Virus record (IMG/VR): IMGVR_UViG_3300032116_000170
DNA: 64,000 nt
DNA from: an uncultured virus (IMG/VR IMGVR_UViG_3300032116_000170)
Lineage: Duplodnaviria; Heunggongvirae; Uroviricota; Caudoviricetes
Strand: one strand, 5' to 3'
A program made the position numbers and the translations under genes. Under the pieces are notes generated by a model that was not told where the DNA came from, made no database searches, and saw nothing but the letters and a program-made list of their open reading frames with translations. Positions 16,945-25,921 of this stretch are shown here, one piece after another. Each line of letters begins with the position of its first letter. Position 1 is the first letter of the stretch.

Positions 16945-17526
16945 ATGTCTATCGAAAAAGCAAGTTCTACAGATACCGTGGCAGCAGGCGTCAGCGCCAC
17001 ACGCTCTTTTGGCGAGGGTCTCAAGGGTGGCGGTGTGTTCAAGATCGCGTGCCACAGCGAAGACGGTAGCCTGAAGTGGGAAGCTGAGTCGCACAACCTC
17101 GTGGTGAACGTGGGCCTGCAGGACATGAACACCAAGTACTTTAGCGGTAGCAGCTACACCGCTACGTGGTTCCTCGGTCTGTACGGTTCGGGCAGCACCA
17201 ACAACCCCGCCGATGGCGACACGATGGCTTCACATGCAGGATGGACAGAAGTTACGGCATACAGCCAGTCCACACGTCCGGCTTGCTCTTTTGGTACGGC
17301 CACCACGGCTGACCCTTCGGTGATTTCAAACTCGGCTTCGCCTGCTACGTACAGCATCAACGGCACTACGGTGGTTGGTGGGGCGTTCCTGACAAGCAAC
17401 AACACCAAAGGTGGCACGACAGGTATCTTGTTTTCCGCTGCTGATTTCCAAGCTCCGGGCGACCGCAGTGTGGTGTCCGGTGACACCATTACAGTATCGT
17501 ATACTTTTTCCCTTGACGCTGCTTGA
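16945..17526 (+). CDS. Tail-associated structural protein
   Basis: NLVVNVG, W.LGL, Ser/Thr/Gly-rich; AAGGAG RBS. Confidence 0.6.
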   Translation: MSIEKASSTDTVAAGVSATRSFGEGLKGGGVFKIACHSEDGSLKWEAESHNLVVNVGLQDMNTKYFSGSSYTATWFLGLYGSGSTNNPADGDTMASHAGWTEVTAYSQSTRPACSFGTATTADPSVISNSASPATYSINGTTVVGGAFLTSNNTKGGTTGILFSAADFQAPGDRSVVSGDTITVSYTFSLDAA

Positions 17527-17534
17527 GGTGAATC

Positions 17535-17714
17535 ATGGCCACTAAATTCGCACGAAATCAAGTTGTCAAAGTCCGCACGGTTGTCCCCGAGGGCCCCGTA
17601 CTTGCGCTGCGCATGGACGAAGATGGCGTGGTCCATTACCTGTTGCAGTGGGTTGACCAAGATGGCAACCAGCAAGAGCGTTGGTTTGCTGAAGATGTAC
17701 TGACAGGGGTTTGA
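17535..17714 (+). CDS. Small hypothetical protein, 59 aa (not in ORF track)
   Basis: GAGGTG RBS; MATKFARNQVVKV...QERWFAEDVLTGV fills the gap. Confidence 0.65.
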   Translation: MATKFARNQVVKVRTVVPEGPVLALRMDEDGVVHYLLQWVDQDGNQQERWFAEDVLTGV

Positions 17715-17717
17715 TAT

Positions 17718-20303
17718 ATGCCACTCGTTATCGCTGATCGTGTCCGGGAGACGACTACTACTTCCGGCACGGGCACACTTACACTGGCTGGGCCCTACTC
17801 CGGCTTCCAAGCCTTCTCAGTCATCGGTAACGGTAACACCACGTACTACGCCATCATCGATGCGCAAAACGGTGCGTGGGAAGTAGGTATTGGCGCGTAC
17901 ACCACGTCGGGTAACACGCTGTCGCGTGCAACCGTGCTGGCCTCCAGCAACGCAGGGTCGTTGGTCAACTTTGGTACCGGCACCAAGGACGTTATCCTGA
18001 CCCAGCCTGCTCGCAGGTCTGTGCTTGTGCAAGAAGGTGGCTCGGGCCTCATCACTGGGGTTGCAGCGTTCACAGCCAACGGGGTTCCTTACGCCGACTC
18101 CACCAGCACGCTGGCCACCAGCGCCAACATGACCTTCAACGGCACCCGCCTGACGGTTGCTGACCTTGCTGACTCGGGATTGACTTCGGGTCGTGTGACT
18201 TACGCCAGCACTGGCGGTGCGCTGGTGGACTCGGCAAACCTGACGTTTGATGGGACAAACCTGACTCTGGGCGGCGGCACAGCCAACGGCGTGGCCTACC
18301 TCAACGGCTCCAAAGTCCTGACCACTGGGTCTGCGCTGACGTTTGATGGGACGAAACTGACAAATACCGGGTCTGCTGGCGGTGTGAGACTTGAGATTGT
18401 TTCAACAAGTTCTAGCCCTGAAATCTCCCTCACATCCGCAGACACTGGAACGAGTCAAATCAACTTTGGTGGTGCAACGACACCGAAAAAAGGTGTGTTC
18501 CGATACTCAGACAACTCTGACCTGTTCGTCTGGTTGCTTAACAGCAACACCGAACAAATGCGCCTGACCAGCACAGGTCTGGGTATTGGGACGAGTTCGC
18601 CTGCGGTGAGGTTGCATGCGTTTACTTCTGGTGTTTCTACGCAAGCGTTCTTTGAGTCCGGCACTGGCGCGTCCGTTATCAGGTTTAAAGACTCAACTAC
18701 AACCGACACCTTTGCCCCGCAGTTTGGCTCTGCTGGAAATTCCATGTTTTGGCAGATTGCAGGCTCCGAACAAATGCGCCTGACCAGCACAGGTCTGGGT
18801 ATTGGGACGAGTTCGCCATCGTACAAGCTGGACGTGAACGGCGTTATCGCCACTGGTAGCGGCAGCAATAGAGGCTTCTTCTACAACGATGGCAGCAAAA
18901 TTCTTCTGGAGTCCAGTTCAACTTATCCGTTGGCTTTTTCTGTCAACGGGAGCGTCAGAGCCACCCTCGACTCCTCCGGCAACCTCGGCTTGGGGGTTAC
19001 TCCGAGTGCTTGGGCATCTACGCACAAAGCCTTGCAAATGAACTGGTCGGCATTTTCGACTGATGCGGGCAACGGCGAAACCAGTGTTTCGACCAACGCA
19101 TTTGCTTCTGCCGGAACTACTTGGAACTACAGATCAACTGCACCCGCCGCCCGATACACGCAAGATTATTTCGGAAAGCACATCTGGTACACCGCCCCCT
19201 CCGGCACAGCAGGTAACGCTATTAGCTTTACTCAGGCGATGACGCTGGATGCGAGTGGGAATTTGTCTGTGGGGACCACAACGGTTAGCTCGCCCGGGAT
19301 TACAGTCGCACAGGGTACAAATCTTTGCTTCAGCGAAGGTTCAGGTTCCTTTGTCAATATCTTTAGACAATCAAATTCTGCCGACAGTGTTTTTGGTAGC
19401 GGAGTGCGTTTTTCGTCTACAGCAAATGCTTTTGCAAGTTCTACAGCAAGTCCGTGGGCACGCAGCGCAATTACCGTTGGGTATGGTGCCATCAGGTTCT
19501 TGACCGCAGCAGAAGCAACCGTCTCTGTGGGGTCTGACGTAACACTGAACGAACGCGCCCGTATCGACTCCAGCGGTAACTTGCTGGTTGGCACAACCTC
19601 ACCGTCATTCAACGCCGGAAGCCGTGGAAACATTACTATTGGTGGTTCTGGTAGTGCAATCTTTGCGTTGCAAACCGGAGGCACAGCAAAAGGCTATGTT
19701 TTCCACGATGGCACAGAGATGACCATTGCAAACGAAGCCAATGGTTTTTTGAGGTTTTACACAAACGCCACCGAACGCGCCCGTATCGACTCCAGCGGTA
19801 GCTTGCTGGTGGGAATGACAAGCGCATTTGGAAAAATCAGCATTGGCCAAAACTCACAATTTAGTTACGCTCAAGGTTTGTCTCTTTACTTTAGCGGAAG
19901 CTCGTATTGGAACATTGTTAATGGCGGCTCCAATCGCCTGTATTTTGGTTTTAACGGCGCTGATCGCGGGTACATAGATTCTTCAAGCGGTAATTATGTT
20001 TCTGTTTCAGACCAGCGATTAAAAAAGAACATTGCAGATATTGGCTACGGCTTGTCTTCTGTTTTGTCCTTGCGGCCTGTTTCCTACAACATGAACAGCC
20101 AAGAGGACACAGAAGAAAAAACACTTGGTTTTATTGCTCAAGAAGTATTGGAGGTCGTGCCTGAATCTGTTTCTGAAATGATGAACGGAATGTACGGTAT
20201 GGATAAAACCGCCATTATTCCTGTTCTTGTCAAAGCCATCCAAGAGCAGCAAGCCCTCATCCAAACCCTGACCGCCCGTGTCGCGGCACTCGAATCAAAC
20301 TGA
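17718..20303 (+). CDS. Long tail fibre with C-terminal intramolecular chaperone (peptidase S74) domain
   Basis: Repeated ERARIDSSGNLLVG / MRLTSTGLGIGT units; SDQRLKKNI, GFIAQEV, LVKAIQE. Confidence 0.9.
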   Translation: MPLVIADRVRETTTTSGTGTLTLAGPYSGFQAFSVIGNGNTTYYAIIDAQNGAWEVGIGAYTTSGNTLSRATVLASSNAGSLVNFGTGTKDVILTQPARRSVLVQEGGSGLITGVAAFTANGVPYADSTSTLATSANMTFNGTRLTVADLADSGLTSGRVTYASTGGALVDSANLTFDGTNLTLGGGTANGVAYLNGSKVLTTGSALTFDGTKLTNTGSAGGVRLEIVSTSSSPEISLTSADTGTSQINFGGATTPKKGVFRYSDNSDLFVWLLNSNTEQMRLTSTGLGIGTSSPAVRLHAFTSGVSTQAFFESGTGASVIRFKDSTTTDTFAPQFGSAGNSMFWQIAGSEQMRLTSTGLGIGTSSPSYKLDVNGVIATGSGSNRGFFYNDGSKILLESSSTYPLAFSVNGSVRATLDSSGNLGLGVTPSAWASTHKALQMNWSAFSTDAGNGETSVSTNAFASAGTTWNYRSTAPAARYTQDYFGKHIWYTAPSGTAGNAISFTQAMTLDASGNLSVGTTTVSSPGITVAQGTNLCFSEGSGSFVNIFRQSNSADSVFGSGVRFSSTANAFASSTASPWARSAITVGYGAIRFLTAAEATVSVGSDVTLNERARIDSSGNLLVGTTSPSFNAGSRGNITIGGSGSAIFALQTGGTAKGYVFHDGTEMTIANEANGFLRFYTNATERARIDSSGSLLVGMTSAFGKISIGQNSQFSYAQGLSLYFSGSSYWNIVNGGSNRLYFGFNGADRGYIDSSSGNYVSVSDQRLKKNIADIGYGLSSVLSLRPVSYNMNSQEDTEEKTLGFIAQEVLEVVPESVSEMMNGMYGMDKTAIIPVLVKAIQEQQALIQTLTARVAALESN
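18550..18817 (+). repeat. Exact 52-bp direct repeat (18550-18601, 18766-18817)
   Basis: CCGAACAAATGCGCCTGACC...GAGTTCGCC identical in both copies. Confidence 0.9.
19550..19810 (+). repeat. 39-bp direct repeat, one mismatch (19550-19588, 19772-19810)
   Basis: CGAACGCGCCCGTATCGACTCCAGCGGTA(A/G)CTTGCTGGT. Confidence 0.85.
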
Positions 20304-20314
20304 AAGGAAAAACC

Positions 20315-20668
20315 ATGACCGATACCCTCAACTCCGTCACCATGACTTGGGACGTGACAGCTATGGACTGCTATCCACAAGAGGACGGCCACACCGACGT
20401 GGTGTTCACCGTGCACTGGACCTGCTCCGGCAGCCAGACAGCCCGCGGCCAGACATACAACGGCAGCGTTTACAGCACTTGCGGCGTACCAGCCCCAACA
20501 GGCTCCAGCTTTACGCCCTACGCAGACCTGACTCAAGAGCAGGTTTTGGGTTGGATTTGGGCCAATGGCGTTGATCAAGCTGCTACAGAAGCCGCTGTTG
20601 ACCAGCAGATTCAAAACCAAATCAACCCGCCAGTGGTGACACCTCCACTGCCTTGGGCTGCGGCATAA
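20315..20668 (+). CDS. Tail-fibre-associated protein
   Basis: DVVFTVHW, FTPYADLTQEQVLGW, PLPW end; follows the fibre. Confidence 0.65.
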   Translation: MTDTLNSVTMTWDVTAMDCYPQEDGHTDVVFTVHWTCSGSQTARGQTYNGSVYSTCGVPAPTGSSFTPYADLTQEQVLGWIWANGVDQAATEAAVDQQIQNQINPPVVTPPLPWAAA

Positions 20669-20699
20669 TTTACGCTCCATCAACCTTCTGGAGACTTGC

Positions 20700-20870
20700 A
20701 TGCAAGACCAAGACATTACTCTCAAGCTGTCCCTGCTCAACGGCGTGTTGAACTACCTCGGCACCCGCCCCTACGGCGAAGTCGCTCCAATCATCCAAGC
20801 GATCCAAGAGCAAGCTGCCCCGCAGGTAAAAGTGCCCGAGCAGGCTGAACAGCCTCAAGTCGTGCAGTAA
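20700..20870 (+). CDS. Small hypothetical protein, 56 aa (not in ORF track)
   Basis: GGAG RBS; ...LNYLGTRPYGEVAPII...; TAATG-coupled to next gene. Confidence 0.65.
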   Translation: MQDQDITLKLSLLNGVLNYLGTRPYGEVAPIIQAIQEQAAPQVKVPEQAEQPQVVQ

Positions 20871-21799
20871 TGTTCGGAACTGCCGCATACGCACAACTGC
20901 CGTATGCCTCTGCACCGGGGGCAGAGTTTTCAGCGACCATAGCTGAAACCGTAACAGCTCTCGACACGTTTGCGGCAGTCACAAATTTTGCTTGCCTGAC
21001 CAGTGAGCTGGCGCAGGCATCGGATGCAAGCACATCCACAACAGTTTTCACAGCTTTTGCAGCCGAGACTGCAACTGGGGCAGACACAACCGCTTCCACG
21101 TTTGTCATAAACGCTGCGCTCAGCGACGCCGCGACCATAGCCGATACTACCTCTGCAGCGGCCACGTTCCCCACAGCACTGACTGAGGTTGCAGCGGCGG
21201 TCGGGACATTCACGGGCCTGCCCACATACGCTACCCAGATCGCAGAAGCAGCCAGCGGCGCAGACACCACGGCGTCCATTTTTGTGGCGTCAGCCTTCAT
21301 TGCAGAGACCGCCACTGCCGCAGACACCACGACCTGTATTTTTGTCTTCCCGGCCGAAGTAAACGAGAGCGCAACAGCTGCCGATACCGCTGTAGCTAAC
21401 CTGACTGTCCCTGCCAGCGTGGAGGAGTTTGCCACAGCATCCGACACCTTCACCGCCACTGCCACATTCCCTGCGACTGTTTCTGAGCAGACAACGGCTA
21501 TCCTCAACTCCGTGGTGGCCACCGCCGCATTGCTGGCGTCCGTGGCGGAGAATGTGCAGGCTGCAGACGTTTTGGTGGGCTCGTTCCTGTGGAACGACAT
21601 TGACGACACCCAGATTCCGGGCTGGACAGACATCCTTCGCCCGACGACAATCGAGGACATCGCGGTGTTTGGGGATGCAAATTTTGGTGTAATCCCGTTT
21701 GCTGGCGATGTGGTTACCCGCTACGACCCCGCAGGGACGACTTGGTCACAAATTGACGATACGCAAACCCCAGACTGGACCGTCATTGACGCCGTTTAA
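20870..21799 (+). CDS. Ala/Thr-rich repeat protein, probable fibre/spike
   Basis: ~19-aa repeats of E[TS]ATxADT; acidic/Trp C-terminus with duplicated W..IDDTQ.P.W. Confidence 0.65.
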   Translation: MFGTAAYAQLPYASAPGAEFSATIAETVTALDTFAAVTNFACLTSELAQASDASTSTTVFTAFAAETATGADTTASTFVINAALSDAATIADTTSAAATFPTALTEVAAAVGTFTGLPTYATQIAEAASGADTTASIFVASAFIAETATAADTTTCIFVFPAEVNESATAADTAVANLTVPASVEEFATASDTFTATATFPATVSEQTTAILNSVVATAALLASVAENVQAADVLVGSFLWNDIDDTQIPGWTDILRPTTIEDIAVFGDANFGVIPFAGDVVTRYDPAGTTWSQIDDTQTPDWTVIDAV

Positions 21800-21808
21800 G
21801 GAAAAATC

Positions 21809-23155
21809 ATGAGCACCTATTCACCCAGTCTTCGGATTGAACTCATCACAACCGGCACACAGGCCGGTACGTGGGGCAATACCACCAACACCAACCTTGG
21901 TGGTTTGATTGAGTCTGCGATTGCAGGCTACGTCTCTGTCTCCATCACTTCAGCCAACCAAGCGTTGACTGCGCTTAATGGCGCAGCGGATCAGTCTCGC
22001 AACATGTCGATTGCACTGACCACAACCACCACCGCAGCGTTCAACGTCTACGCGCCTCCGGCCGAGAAGACCTACGTCATCTACAACGCCAGCGCATACG
22101 CTGCCACGATCTTCAACTCCTCGGTTCTGGGTAACACCACGGCAGCGGGTACTGGGGTGGCTATCCCCGCAGGTAAAACCGTAACGATCTGGTCTGACGG
22201 AACCAACTTCAGCTTCCAAAACGATCACCTGCCGAGCCTCACGCTTGGCACAGACTTGGCTATTGCTGACGGCGGCACGGGGGCCTCGACTGCGGCGAAC
22301 GCTCGCACAAATCTTGGTGTAACTGCCACGGGGCAGGACACCACCTACGCTTTCCGTTCCAACAACCTGTCTGATCTGGCCAGCGCTTCTTCTGCAAGGA
22401 CCAACCTTGGTCTGGGCACCATTGCTACGCAGAACGCCAACGCCGTCAGCATCACTGGGGGCTCAATCTCCGGCATCACTGATTTGGCTGTTGCGGATGG
22501 GGGTACGGGCGCTTCGGATGCTGCAACTGCACGCAGCAACTTGGGGGTTCCATCAGCAACGGGTTCCGGTGCATCTGGTACGTGGAACATCAACGTCACT
22601 GGTAACGCCGCCACAGCCACAAACGCCACAAACGCCACAAACTCCACAAATGCCACGAACGCCACAAACGCTACCAACGCCACAAACGCAACCACAGCCA
22701 CGACGGCATCAAGTGTAACCAATGGTGTTTATACAGTTGGCGATCAGAATATTGGTGGAACCAAGACGTTTATCAACGGCGTACGCTTTGCCGATGGAAG
22801 CACGCAAACCACAGCTGCCCTGATAAATCCACTTTCACTCGCATCAATCGGTTCAACCGTTTGGGGACTTAGGACTTCAACTGGCTCTGTTATTTACCCG
22901 GGGGACACGATAAGTGGTTCTTTCGTGTTTTATCAGGGACTCGGCAATTCGATATATGGCCCGAATGTAGGTAGTCTGCAAATAAGTGGCGATCTTACAA
23001 ACCGAACAACTGCTTTTTCGGAATCTGTCAATTTTACCTTTTCCCCATTTGGGGTTGGAACTTGGCTGGTAATTTCACCTGTAAGACAGGCCGTCTATGA
23101 TGGTTTGTACAATACTACTTATTTTTATTTTGCTTTATTTAGAAGGATTTCTTAA
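21809..23155 (+). CDS. Second tail fibre/spike
   Basis: GTWGNTTNTN N-terminus; ADGGTGAS..ARxNLG repeats; (ATN)n; AT-rich tip. Confidence 0.7.
   Translation: MSTYSPSLRIELITTGTQAGTWGNTTNTNLGGLIESAIAGYVSVSITSANQALTALNGAADQSRNMSIALTTTTTAAFNVYAPPAEKTYVIYNASAYAATIFNSSVLGNTTAAGTGVAIPAGKTVTIWSDGTNFSFQNDHLPSLTLGTDLAIADGGTGASTAANARTNLGVTATGQDTTYAFRSNNLSDLASASSARTNLGLGTIATQNANAVSITGGSISGITDLAVADGGTGASDAATARSNLGVPSATGSGASGTWNINVTGNAATATNATNATNSTNATNATNATNATNATTATTASSVTNGVYTVGDQNIGGTKTFINGVRFADGSTQTTAALINPLSLASIGSTVWGLRTSTGSVIYPGDTISGSFVFYQGLGNSIYGPNVGSLQISGDLTNRTTAFSESVNFTFSPFGVGTWLVISPVRQAVYDGLYNTTYFYFALFRRIS
22616..22706 (+). repeat. 9-bp tandem repeat (GCCACAAAC)n encoding (Ala-Thr-Asn)n
   Basis: About ten imperfect units. 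Confidence 0.85.
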
Positions 23156-23156
23156 A

Positions 23157-23441
23157 ATGATTAACACAGTAATAACGTCCGCAAAAAACTTGATTTGGAC
23201 TTCCCCTGACTCCGACAGGTTTGATGCGGAAGTTTTGTTTCAAGGCCATCAAAATTACATCCCAGCCGCTTGCAACATTGTTGAGGTAGGCGTGCTTGAG
23301 CACATCACCGATCTTTGGAATCGCGCCATGAACGGCGAGTTCGGACAAATTGCAGAATTCGTTCCGCCGCCCGAAATCCCCGAGAGAGCGCAAGCAACCG
23401 CAACCGGAGCGTCTGGCGAAATTCCCGGGAGCGTCTTATGA
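23157..23441 (+). CDS. Tail fibre assembly chaperone-like protein
   Basis: GEFGQIAEFVPP motif; directly follows fibre; AT-rich like the fibre tip. Confidence 0.55.
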   Translation: MINTVITSAKNLIWTSPDSDRFDAEVLFQGHQNYIPAACNIVEVGVLEHITDLWNRAMNGEFGQIAEFVPPPEIPERAQATATGASGEIPGSVL

Positions 23442-23794
23442 GTCAACCAATCGTAAAAATCGGCTGTGTCGCCAATCTCTACTCGCGCATGATGCGTTTT
23501 GAGAAAGCTGGCGACATTGAAGTTGGCCACACTCACCAATTCGACCATCTCACGCTGCTTGCCAAGGGTAAGTTAAAAGTCACGGTCGAAGGTGTAGCAA
23601 CCGAGTTCACTGCGCCGCACATGATCTACATCCACAAGGACAAGATTCATGAACTTGAGGCGCTGACCGATGAGACGGTGGCTTACTGCATCCATGCACT
23701 GCGGGATAAAGAAACCAATGAGATTCTCGACCCATCAATGATTCCAGCGGGTGTTTCCGCAATGTCGTGTGCAGCACCAGTGGTGACTGTGTAA
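23438..23794 (+). CDS. Cupin-fold protein
   Basis: GHTHQFDH..LLAKG and IHEL..L metal-binding cupin motifs. Confidence 0.75.
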   Translation: MSQPIVKIGCVANLYSRMMRFEKAGDIEVGHTHQFDHLTLLAKGKLKVTVEGVATEFTAPHMIYIHKDKIHELEALTDETVAYCIHALRDKETNEILDPSMIPAGVSAMSCAAPVVTV

Positions 23795-23823
23795 ATATGT
23801 TTGCCGAGGGAAAGAATTGACCC

Positions 23824-24270
23824 ATGCTGGCCGAAATTGCTGCTGCCAACGCAGCCTTTGCTGTAATAAAAGGTGCTCTGGCCAACGGTAAGGAGCTGCA
23901 CCAACTCGGCACTCGGGTCTTTGATTACTTCGACAACAAGGCAAAGATTCAAGAGTCTGCCACCAAGAAAGGTGGAGGCTCGGACCTTGCTGAGTTCATG
24001 GCGCTTGAGCAACTCAAGCAGCAAGAAGAAGAACTGCGCGAGCGCATGGTCTACGCGGGCCGTCCGGGCATGTGGAACGATTGGCAGAAGTTTCAAGCCG
24101 CCGCCGCTCGCAAGCGCAGAGAGGCCCAAGAGGCCGCAGAAAAAGCCGCCAAGCTGCGCAAAGCGAGGATGGAGCAATTGGTTGAGTACATTGCCGTTGG
24201 TATTGCCACGGTGATCCTTGCTGCTCTGATCATTTACGGAATCGTTTTGTACATGCTGCATCTGAGATGA
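23824..24270 (+). CDS. Coiled-coil protein with C-terminal TM helix
   Basis: Hydrophobic YIAVGIATVILAALIIYGIVLY. Confidence 0.65.
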   Translation: MLAEIAAANAAFAVIKGALANGKELHQLGTRVFDYFDNKAKIQESATKKGGGSDLAEFMALEQLKQQEEELRERMVYAGRPGMWNDWQKFQAAAARKRREAQEAAEKAAKLRKARMEQLVEYIAVGIATVILAALIIYGIVLYMLHLR

Positions 24271-24884
24271 GCGACGAGAAGCTGAACGCCAACTCAACAC
24301 TCGACAAGGTGCTCGGGTATGTGGACTCGCCGTTTAAGCTGTTTGCCATTCTCGTGATGGGCATTGTGGCTTTCTCTGGGTACTTCTTGTGGCAGAACCA
24401 AGAGTTCATGCGCGACGCTTACAAGGAGTCCAAGAAGCTACCTGAGATCAATACCAGCCGCGCCGACGATGTGGGTGCGATGTTGATGAAAAAGACAGGA
24501 GCCACGGTGGTGGCGGTCTTCAAAGTCAACCCGCTGTTCAACAGCCGGGTGTTGTATCGCGCATACACCAAGGACGGCAGAGACAAGACGATTGAAGACA
24601 TTGATGTCGGGCTGTTCAGCCAAAACGCGGCCAACAATTCGGATGTGGTGCGGCTGATGACCAATGAGATTCCTTGCGGGGAATACCGTTACGCGCAGTC
24701 CGAGGTGGGCCTGTGGTACTTGGAAAAGGGCGTGGCGTACACCTGCCGGGTGAGTGTTCCACCAGACAGTTACAGGTTTGTCGGTCAGGTTACTGTAGGC
24801 TGGACTGAGCAACCCAAAGACATTGAGCAAGTAAAATTCATGCTGGAGATTGCCAGCGCCATGTTGACAAAAAGGGGTAACTGA
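24267..24884 (+). CDS. Single-TM protein with GAF-like domain, possibly T4 holin T-like
   Basis: TM at ~23-42; TGATVVAVF..NP and FVGQVTVGW...LEIASAML; in lysis cluster. Confidence 0.45.
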   Translation: MSDEKLNANSTLDKVLGYVDSPFKLFAILVMGIVAFSGYFLWQNQEFMRDAYKESKKLPEINTSRADDVGAMLMKKTGATVVAVFKVNPLFNSRVLYRAYTKDGRDKTIEDIDVGLFSQNAANNSDVVRLMTNEIPCGEYRYAQSEVGLWYLEKGVAYTCRVSVPPDSYRFVGQVTVGWTEQPKDIEQVKFMLEIASAMLTKRGN

Positions 24885-25387
24885 TGCTTTCACTCATTTC
24901 AACTCTCGGGGGTCTTCTGATCTCCGGCCTGCCCAAGCTGCTGGAGTACTTCCAAAACAAAGCCGACCAAAAACATGAGCTGGCGCTGGCCCGAGTCCAG
25001 ACCGAGCGCGAACTCCAACTGGCTGCTGCTGGCTTTGCAGCCCAAGCCAAGATCGAAGAAATCCGCACCGAGCAGGTGGCGATGGAGACCGACGCCCGGA
25101 TGACTGAGGCGGCTCTTGCCCACGATGCCAAGGTGCTTGAGAAGGCCGCGTCGTGGGTGTCCAGCTACGTGGGCACTGTGCGCCCCACGGTGACGTATAT
25201 CTTCGTGCTGGAGCTGGTGGCAATCAACGCCTTCATGGCTTGGTATCTGTACCAGCAGCCGGGACTGATCACCAGCATTGACGACGTGATCCGTTACTCC
25301 GACCTGATCTTCTCCAGCGACGAGATGGCCATGCTGGGCGGTATATTAGGTTTTTGGTTTGGATCAAGGACTTGGAGCAAGAAGTGA
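24884..25387 (+). CDS. Holin (3-TM gene-transfer-release type)
   Basis: VRPTVTYIF and ILGFWFGSR motifs; adjacent to lysozyme. Confidence 0.7.
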   Translation: MLSLISTLGGLLISGLPKLLEYFQNKADQKHELALARVQTERELQLAAAGFAAQAKIEEIRTEQVAMETDARMTEAALAHDAKVLEKAASWVSSYVGTVRPTVTYIFVLELVAINAFMAWYLYQQPGLITSIDDVIRYSDLIFSSDEMAMLGGILGFWFGSRTWSKK

Positions 25388-25890
25388 AACTGAGCAAAGC
25401 CGGGGAAGACTTGATGCACAAGTACGAGGGCTTTCGCTCTCGGCCCTACCTTTGCCCAGCGCATATCTGGACGATTGGCTACGGCCACGTCCTGTACCAA
25501 GAGCAGATCAGGCTCCCTGTGGTGCGCGTGGAGGGTAAAGAGACCCCCATGATCCGCAAAGAGATGCCATTGAAACCGGAGGACAATCGTGTCTGGACGA
25601 AAACGGAAATCGACGAACTATTCCGCGATGATGTCGGAGTTTTTGAACGGGGTGTTCTTCGTCTTGTTCCCGGTGTGGTTGGGCGTCAAGGCGCTTTCGA
25701 CGCTCTTGTCTCTATTTCCTTTAACTTCGGGCTAGGCAACCTCCAGCGCAGCACCATCCGTATGCGCGCAAACCGGGGTGACTGGGAAGGCGCAGCCGAT
25801 GCGTTTCGGGTTTGGACCAAGGGCGGTGGAAAAGTCCTGCCGGGTCTGGTCAAGCGCCGCGAAGCCGAGATTGCGCTGTTCCTGAGTTAA
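25384..25890 (+). CDS. Endolysin, GH24 lysozyme
   Basis: EG..PYLCPA..WTIGYGH, FDALVS..FNFG.G, GLVKRR..E. Confidence 0.92.
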   Translation: MKLSKAGEDLMHKYEGFRSRPYLCPAHIWTIGYGHVLYQEQIRLPVVRVEGKETPMIRKEMPLKPEDNRVWTKTEIDELFRDDVGVFERGVLRLVPGVVGRQGAFDALVSISFNFGLGNLQRSTIRMRANRGDWEGAADAFRVWTKGGGKVLPGLVKRREAEIALFLS

Positions 25891-25921
25891 GTGCGAAAAT
25901 GCCGGAAAACTGAGGTAAACG

